A stretch of DNA of 64,000 nucleotides from an uncultured Actinomycetes bacterium (GTDB lineage: Bacteria; Actinomycetota; Actinomycetes; Nanopelagicales; Nanopelagicaceae). The stretch lies in contig CAIJKC010000049.1 of NCBI GenBank assembly GCA_903821145.1, positions 23,472 to 87,471 of the forward strand, given 5' to 3'. This document shows, one piece after another, positions 58,902-64,000 of the stretch (positions are counted from its first letter, which is position 1; the number at the start of each line of letters is the position of its first letter). The translations under genes and the position numbers were made by a program. The notes beneath the pieces are model-generated. The model made no database searches, was not told where the DNA came from, and saw nothing but the letters and a program-made list of their open reading frames with translations.

Positions 58902-60686
58902 TTAGAGGAAGAGCTCGTTGATCTCGCGTGCAAATTGATTTGAGACCACATGGCGCTTCACCGACATCTTCGCCGTCAGCTGACCATCAGCGATAGTGAA
59001 ATCAACAGGAAGGATAGTGAACTTCCGAATAGATTCAGCTCGGCTTACCGCCTTGTTCGCATCATCGATTGCGGTTTGAATAACCGCGATGAGTGCCGAA
59101 TCTTTGGCAAGGTCAGCGATTGATGTCCCTGACTTCTTATTAGCAGCAGACCAGCCTTTCATGGCATCGGCATCTAGTGTGACAAGAGCTGCGATAAATG
59201 GTTTGTTATCTCCGACCACCAAACACTGACTGACAAGAGGATGGGCACGAACTCGATCTTCAAGCACAGCAGGTGCCACGTTCTTGCCACCGGCGGTGAC
59301 GATCAATTCTTTCTTACGTCCGGTAATCGTGAGGAAGCCCTGCTCATCGAGGGCGCCAAGATCTCCTGATCGGAAGAAACCATCTTCGGTGAAAACTTCA
59401 GCATTTGCTGCATCGTTCTGCCAGTAACCACGCATCACGATTGGTCCCTTTAAGAGAACTTCACCATCGTCAGCGATACGCACTGTTGTGCTTGGCAGTG
59501 GCTTTCCTACTGATCCAACTTTCAAAGCAGTGGTGAGGTTCAGTGTTGCGCCAGCCGTGGTTTCGGTAAGCCCATATCCTTCCAAAATTGTTATTCCCGC
59601 ACCCCGGTAGAAGTGACCAAGACGGGAGCCAAGTGGTGCACCGCCTGAAATGGCTGCCTCAACAGCGCCACCCATTCCGCCACGAATCTTTGCGTAGACG
59701 AGCTTGTCGAAGAGAGCGTGCTTCAGGCGCAGAATTGGACTGATACGGCCTGAGTCCAAACCTTCTGAGTAAGCGATTGCAACATCTGCTGCCTTGTGGA
59801 AGATCTTGCCCTTGCCCGCTGCTTCCGCACGAGATTCGGCACCATTAAAGATCTTTTCAAAGATGCGCGGAACGGCGAGAACGAATGTTGGCTTGAAGCT
59901 TGCGAGATCTTGCGGCAGGCGGTTGATATCTCCGCAATGGGCAAGATGCAGCCCTGCGGTGATTGCACCGATCTGCACCATGCGTCCGAAGACGTGAGCG
60001 ACTGGCAAGAAGAGAAGAGTGGAACCATTGGCCTTGAGGAAGAGGTCGGATGCGCCTTGGACAACGTTGCCGCACTCGGCGAGGAAGTTTCCGTGAGTGA
60101 GTTGAACACCCTTTGGCTTGCCTGTTGTTCCTGATGTGTAAATCAGTGTTGCGAGTGAATCAGGATTGAGAGAGTTGCGCCGATGATTTATCTCATCATC
60201 GCTCACACCAGATCCAGCGGCTATGAGGTGTGCAAGCGCATCTTCAGTGATTGTCCATACTCTGGTGCAGACACTTCCTAAGACTGGACGCGCAGTATCT
60301 GCCAGCGTTGGCGTCTCAACGAAAAGTGCCACAGCCCCTGAATCTTGGAGGATCCATTGAATCTGTTCGGCACTTGATGTTTCATAAATGGGAACAGATA
60401 TTGCACCCGCAAACCAGATAGCAAAATCTAAGATCGTCCACTCATAACGAGTCTTCGCCATGATGGCTACGCGATCACCGATTGAAATACCGGATGCGAT
60501 CAGACCTTTGGCGACAGTGCGGACTTCCTCTTCGAACTCTCGGGCGGTGACTGGCTGCCAACCATCGCCGACTGGGCGGGAGAGCATGATCCTCTGTGGT
60601 TCAAACCAGGCCCGCTCTGCAACGAGATTGGTGAGATTGCCCGCAGTAGCTGCGGGGACAATGGCCGGTGTCGAGAATTCATTCAT
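58902..60686 (-). CDS. fadD: Long-chain fatty-acid--CoA ligase (AMP-dependent synthetase, FadD15-like)
   Basis: LIYTSGTTGKPKGV AMP-binding motif, GYGLTET, SGDLG, KNVAP motifs; 594 aa. Confidence 0.92.
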   Translation of the reverse strand: MNEFSTPAIVPAATAGNLTNLVAERAWFEPQRIMLSRPVGDGWQPVTAREFEEEVRTVAKGLIASGISIGDRVAIMAKTRYEWTILDFAIWFAGAISVPIYETSSAEQIQWILQDSGAVALFVETPTLADTARPVLGSVCTRVWTITEDALAHLIAAGSGVSDDEINHRRNSLNPDSLATLIYTSGTTGKPKGVQLTHGNFLAECGNVVQGASDLFLKANGSTLLFLPVAHVFGRMVQIGAITAGLHLAHCGDINRLPQDLASFKPTFVLAVPRIFEKIFNGAESRAEAAGKGKIFHKAADVAIAYSEGLDSGRISPILRLKHALFDKLVYAKIRGGMGGAVEAAISGGAPLGSRLGHFYRGAGITILEGYGLTETTAGATLNLTTALKVGSVGKPLPSTTVRIADDGEVLLKGPIVMRGYWQNDAANAEVFTEDGFFRSGDLGALDEQGFLTITGRKKELIVTAGGKNVAPAVLEDRVRAHPLVSQCLVVGDNKPFIAALVTLDADAMKGWSAANKKSGTSIADLAKDSALIAVIQTAIDDANKAVSRAESIRKFTILPVDFTIADGQLTAKMSVKRHVVSNQFAREINELFL

Positions 60687-60748
60687 ACGCTAACGCTAGC
60701 GGGGGAGTTGTGACTTCGGCTAGAGGCAAGGGGCGCTAACCTAGGGCA

Positions 60749-61186
60749 ATGTCTGATATATCTAAGAACTCCATCCAGATAGAAGCCCCTGTGGCAGATG
60801 TCGCCGCCCTCCTCTTTGACCCTGCGGGCTACCCCGAGTGGTCTACCGCCATTAAGAGCGCAACTGTCCTTGAAAAGGATGGCGAAGGCCGAGCTACCAA
60901 GATCGAAATGATGATCAAGGCTGGTCAAGTGAAAGATCGCGTCATTTTGGATTATGACTGGAGTAATGCTCCTGCTGCGCTCACTTTTAGCCTCGATGAT
61001 GCGGACATGTTGACGCAAATGTCAGGTGGCTACACACTCACAGACAATGGTGATGAGACAACAAAGGTTGAATATGAACTCACTGTTGCCCTCTCCATGC
61101 CTGTACCGGCAATGATGAGAACAAAGGCTGAACGAGACACTATCGATCTTGCGCTGAAAGAGTTGAAAGAGAAGCTGGAAGCATAA
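60749..61186 (+). CDS. SRPBCC (polyketide cyclase/dehydrase-like, START fold) protein
   Basis: 145 aa; IEAPVADVAALLFDPAGYPEWS N-terminus typical of the SRPBCC family; divergent from fadD. Confidence 0.75.
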   Translation: MSDISKNSIQIEAPVADVAALLFDPAGYPEWSTAIKSATVLEKDGEGRATKIEMMIKAGQVKDRVILDYDWSNAPAALTFSLDDADMLTQMSGGYTLTDNGDETTKVEYELTVALSMPVPAMMRTKAERDTIDLALKELKEKLEA

Positions 61187-61188
61187 CC

Positions 61189-62133
61189 GTGTCATTAACT
61201 ATTGGAATTGATATTGGTGGAACGAAGGTTCTCGGTGGCGTTGTTGATGAGAATGGCAAAATTCTTGCAACCCATCGCGAAGCAACTCCAAAAGAAGGAG
61301 GCGTCGCGTTAACCACCACTATTGCAAACGTTGCGAAGGTCTTGCTCCGAGATCATGATGCGGTTGCTATGGGAGTCTCTGCTGCAGGTTTTGTCAGTTC
61401 TGATCGGGAAACGATGCTCGCCACACCCAACATCTCCGGATGGAATGGTGTCAACCTTAAGAACGAACTTGGAAAATTGATCGATCTTCCCATCGTGATT
61501 GAAAATGATGCGAATGCTGCGGCATGGGGTGAGGCAGTCTTCGGAGCTGGTGTCGGTGAAGCTCAGATGATGATGATCACTGTTGGAACTGGAATTGGTG
61601 GCGGAGCAGTCATTGAAGGAAAGTTGCATCGTGGTGCATATGGCATAGCTGCTGAATTTGGTCATCTGCGTGTAGTTCCAGAAGGTCACCTATGTGGCTG
61701 CGGTGCCCGCGGTTGTTTTGAACAATATGCGTCCGGCAATGCTTTGATGCGCCATGTTCGTGAGGCAATCAATGCCTCACCAGATGCTGCTCACAATCTC
61801 TTGGCCCGCGGAGATGGCACTATCGCAGGACTCTCTGGCCATCACATCACCGACGCGGCACGAGATGGCGATCCCATCGCTCTCGCCGGTTTTAATACAA
61901 CTGCGCAGTGGCTTGGCGCAGGTATCGCATCTCTGAGCGTGCTCTTTGATCCAGCATGCGTGGTTATTGGTGGCGGCGTGATCGATGCTGGTGAGATTCT
62001 CCTTGCACCAACTCGAGTCGCACTTGAACGCTATATGCCCTTTAGTGGCAAGCACCCAACCCCTCGCATCGTTGCAGCAACCTTGGGCAATGACGCAGGA
62101 CTTGTTGGCGCGGCATCACTGGCCCGCCTGTAA
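61189..62133 (+). CDS. glk: ROK-family glucokinase
   Basis: IGIDIGGTKV, ENDANAAAWGE, CGCGARGCFEQYASG zinc motif; GTG start. Confidence 0.9.
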   Translation: MSLTIGIDIGGTKVLGGVVDENGKILATHREATPKEGGVALTTTIANVAKVLLRDHDAVAMGVSAAGFVSSDRETMLATPNISGWNGVNLKNELGKLIDLPIVIENDANAAAWGEAVFGAGVGEAQMMMITVGTGIGGGAVIEGKLHRGAYGIAAEFGHLRVVPEGHLCGCGARGCFEQYASGNALMRHVREAINASPDAAHNLLARGDGTIAGLSGHHITDAARDGDPIALAGFNTTAQWLGAGIASLSVLFDPACVVIGGGVIDAGEILLAPTRVALERYMPFSGKHPTPRIVAATLGNDAGLVGAASLARL

Positions 62134-62137
62134 TCAG

Positions 62138-63250
62138 TTAAAAGACCGCTCCATCATCGCCTTCATCGATTCGGCGCGCTGTGTTCCAGATAAGTCGTCC
62201 CAGGCCAACAACGATGGCAATCACGCCAGGCCACGCACCGGTACCGAAGAGATCAAAGCCGGTAAAGATGAAGAGCACTATTGCCAGTGAGCCACCAGCA
62301 AGTAATCCAAGGGCGATGCGGTTGGATTCAGAAAGCTGCGGAAGCACAGGATTTGGAACATGAAAGTCATCTGCTTGTGGCCGATCAAGTTCATCTAGAT
62401 ATGTTGTCGGAGCAGATTCATCGAGTGAGAGCCCGGAGACGATTGCTTCAAACTCTGCATCGATGAGCTCGCGCTCATCCTGATCATCGGTACGAGCAAT
62501 TTCACCTGTGAGAACATCCTGTATAAATTCCGCGCTCTCCTCGATCAAGATATCAGCCTCGTAATCTAGGGCGACATTGTGAAAGGAGCGTTCAAAGATC
62601 ACTTCACGGATATCGGAGGAGTAAACATTGTCAATGATCGTCTCACTATTGCGTGGATCAACCACATGATCATTGACAGAGTAAGAAACCATGAGGGGGG
62701 TGCTGATTAAGTAAAGGTCGCGTTCGACGCTATCCCAGAGAGAACGTAAAGAGTCGAGTGCCTTCAGGGGCAGGCGTCCGTAACTATGTCGAGTTGGGTA
62801 TGGTTTGTTGACATCCATTGCGCCAGATTTCAAGGATGGAATGATGTGCTTCATCATCGGCAGCAGTAGATAACTCTTGCGTTCATCAAAGATCGATGCA
62901 TTAAGAAGGATGAGGCCTTCAATCTCACTTCCGCGGATCTGTGTTAGTTTGAGAGCGAGCGCCCCACCGACACTAAACCCAGCAATGAATATCCGATCAC
63001 AACTCTTTCGCAGTTCTAGATATGCGCTCTCAACACTGGCGTACCAATCCGACCAGACGGTTTCATTGAGATCTTCCCAGCGCGTTCCATGTCCAGCAAG
63101 GCAAGGAACACTCACCGTGTATCCAGCCTGTGCGAGTCCATGTGCCCATGGTGCGACCGTTGCAGGCGATCCTGTGAATCCATGGATCATCAGAACTCCC
63201 ACTTTTCCCCCAGGAAGGGTAAAAGATTCAGAATTTTCGATATCTGCCAC
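62138..63250 (-). CDS. Alpha/beta hydrolase (lysophospholipase/esterase-like) fused to an acidic linker and two C-terminal TM helices
   Basis: HGFTGSP oxyanion region, GFSVGG nucleophile elbow; C-terminal IALGLLAGGSLAIVLFIFTGF and WPGVIAIVVGLGRLIW helices. Confidence 0.85.
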   Translation of the reverse strand: MADIENSESFTLPGGKVGVLMIHGFTGSPATVAPWAHGLAQAGYTVSVPCLAGHGTRWEDLNETVWSDWYASVESAYLELRKSCDRIFIAGFSVGGALALKLTQIRGSEIEGLILLNASIFDERKSYLLLPMMKHIIPSLKSGAMDVNKPYPTRHSYGRLPLKALDSLRSLWDSVERDLYLISTPLMVSYSVNDHVVDPRNSETIIDNVYSSDIREVIFERSFHNVALDYEADILIEESAEFIQDVLTGEIARTDDQDERELIDAEFEAIVSGLSLDESAPTTYLDELDRPQADDFHVPNPVLPQLSESNRIALGLLAGGSLAIVLFIFTGFDLFGTGAWPGVIAIVVGLGRLIWNTARRIDEGDDGAVF

Positions 63251-63296
63251 GCTCAGATGGTGTCACAAGTAGAGGAAGAACCCCTAAATTACTCCC

Positions 63297-64000
63297 GTGG
63301 CGTACACCTTCCTGAAATCCTTCTTGACCCCCATTTTGATGCTCTTCTTCCGTCCCAAGGTGACTGGGCTGCGGCAGGTGCCCAACAATGGCGGAGTCAT
63401 CATCGCCTCAAACCACCTCTCCTTTAGCGATTCGATCTTTATGCCCCTCGTCGTTCCTCGTAAGGTCACCTTCTTAGCCAAGAGTGAATACTTCACCTCA
63501 CCTGGAATCAAAGGCTTCATTAAGAAACTGACCTTTATCGCTCTTGGCCAAGTACCGGTTGATCGAGCCGGTGGCCGACGCAGCGAAGCTGCAATTCTGA
63601 CTGGACTTGACCTGCTGAAGGCAGGCGATTGCATCGGTATCTATCCTGAGGGAACACGTTCACCAGATGGCCGGCTCTACAAGGGCCGCACAGGAATCGC
63701 TCGCATGGCGATTGAGTCGGGCGCCCCGGTAGTACCTGTAGCGATGTTTAACACCGCAGAGATTCAACCGACCGGGCAGATTGTGCCTAAGGTGCGCCGG
63801 GTTGAGATGGTATTTGGCGAACCGCTCTTCTTCACAGGTGATTCTCGCGACCTGCAGGTTCTGCGGGAGGCAACAGATCAGATCATGAGTGCAATCCAGA
63901 AAATCTCAGGACAGGTCTATGTCGAGATGTATGCCTCAGAAGCGAAAGCTGAATTGATGAAGAAGCGCAACTACCTACAAGATAACGAGCAAGACTCTTA
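63297..64000 (+). CDS. plsC: 1-acyl-sn-glycerol-3-phosphate acyltransferase family protein (3' end cut by window edge; absent from ORF track)
   Basis: My translation from GTG 63297 (in-frame TAA at 63285-63287): VAYTFLKSFLTPILMLFFRPKVTGLRQVPNNGGVIIASNHLSFSD...GIYPEGTRSPDGRLYKGRTGIARMA; HX4D and PEGTR motifs. Confidence 0.85.
   Translation, partial: MAYTFLKSFLTPILMLFFRPKVTGLRQVPNNGGVIIASNHLSFSDSIFMPLVVPRKVTFLAKSEYFTSPGIKGFIKKLTFIALGQVPVDRAGGRRSEAAILTGLDLLKAGDCIGIYPEGTRSPDGRLYKGRTGIARMAIESGAPVVPVAMFNTAEIQPTGQIVPKVRRVEMVFGEPLFFTGDSRDLQVLREATDQIMSAIQKISGQVYVEMYASEAKAELMKKRNYLQDNEQDS

Noticed and set aside
63284-63634. 116-aa minus-strand ORF at the window end
   Set aside because: It is antisense to the plsC-type gene I translated from GTG 63297 (HX4D and PEGTR motifs). 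That gene is the real one but was omitted from the track because it runs off the window.

Overview
This window looks like an ordinary, very gene-dense chromosomal core segment of a streamlined, moderate-GC actinobacterium. I could not assign a lineage from this sequence alone. I call about 70 protein genes, plus tRNA-Gln and tRNA-Glu. One protein gene is absent from the ORF track because it is under 60 aa (rpmF), and one because it runs off the 3' edge (a second plsC-type acyltransferase). By hand tally only about 2.7 kb of the 64 kb lies outside called genes, and many neighbours share 1-4 nt start/stop overlaps (ATGA, GTGA, TAATG).

The content is housekeeping throughout:
- comEC-holA-rpsT-lepA-hemW-hrcA-dnaJ-rsmE-HIT-phoH-ybeY-corC
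- FAH-gltX-tRNAs
- iclR<>leuCD-hupB-plsC-gpsA-ddl
- thiL, rpmB<>recG-rsmD-coaD-yceD-rpmF-rnc-smc-ftsY
- amt-glnB-glnD-ffh-rpsP-KH-rimM-trmD
- an acyl-ACP desaturase
- DUF4193/DUF3093/thioesterase-dut-DUF3159, two trkA genes, and a TRAM methyltransferase-acn-dxs block
- fadBA, efeU, rnd, DUF3000, and a ribD-C-like gene
- a GT4-luxR-fadD-SRPBCC-glk-hydrolase-plsC block

I saw no integrase, transposase, phage gene, CRISPR array, toxin-antitoxin pair or defence-like cassette, and I do not claim a novel system here.

The observations most worth a second look are apparent domain losses and regulatory repeats:
- HrcA lacks about 100 central residues.
- The CorC/CNNM protein has a truncated membrane domain.
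- FtsY is NG-only.
- An alpha/beta hydrolase is fused to an acidic linker and two C-terminal TM helices.
- An array of GTnAC pentamers, GlnR-box-like, sits upstream of amt-glnB-glnD.
- A perfect palindrome lies in the iclR/leuC divergent region.
- A perfect 11-bp inverted repeat lies in front of an orphan efeU.
- Conserved synteny is broken after trmD, where rplS is missing.

All functional calls rest on motif and family recognition by eye. No database search was run.
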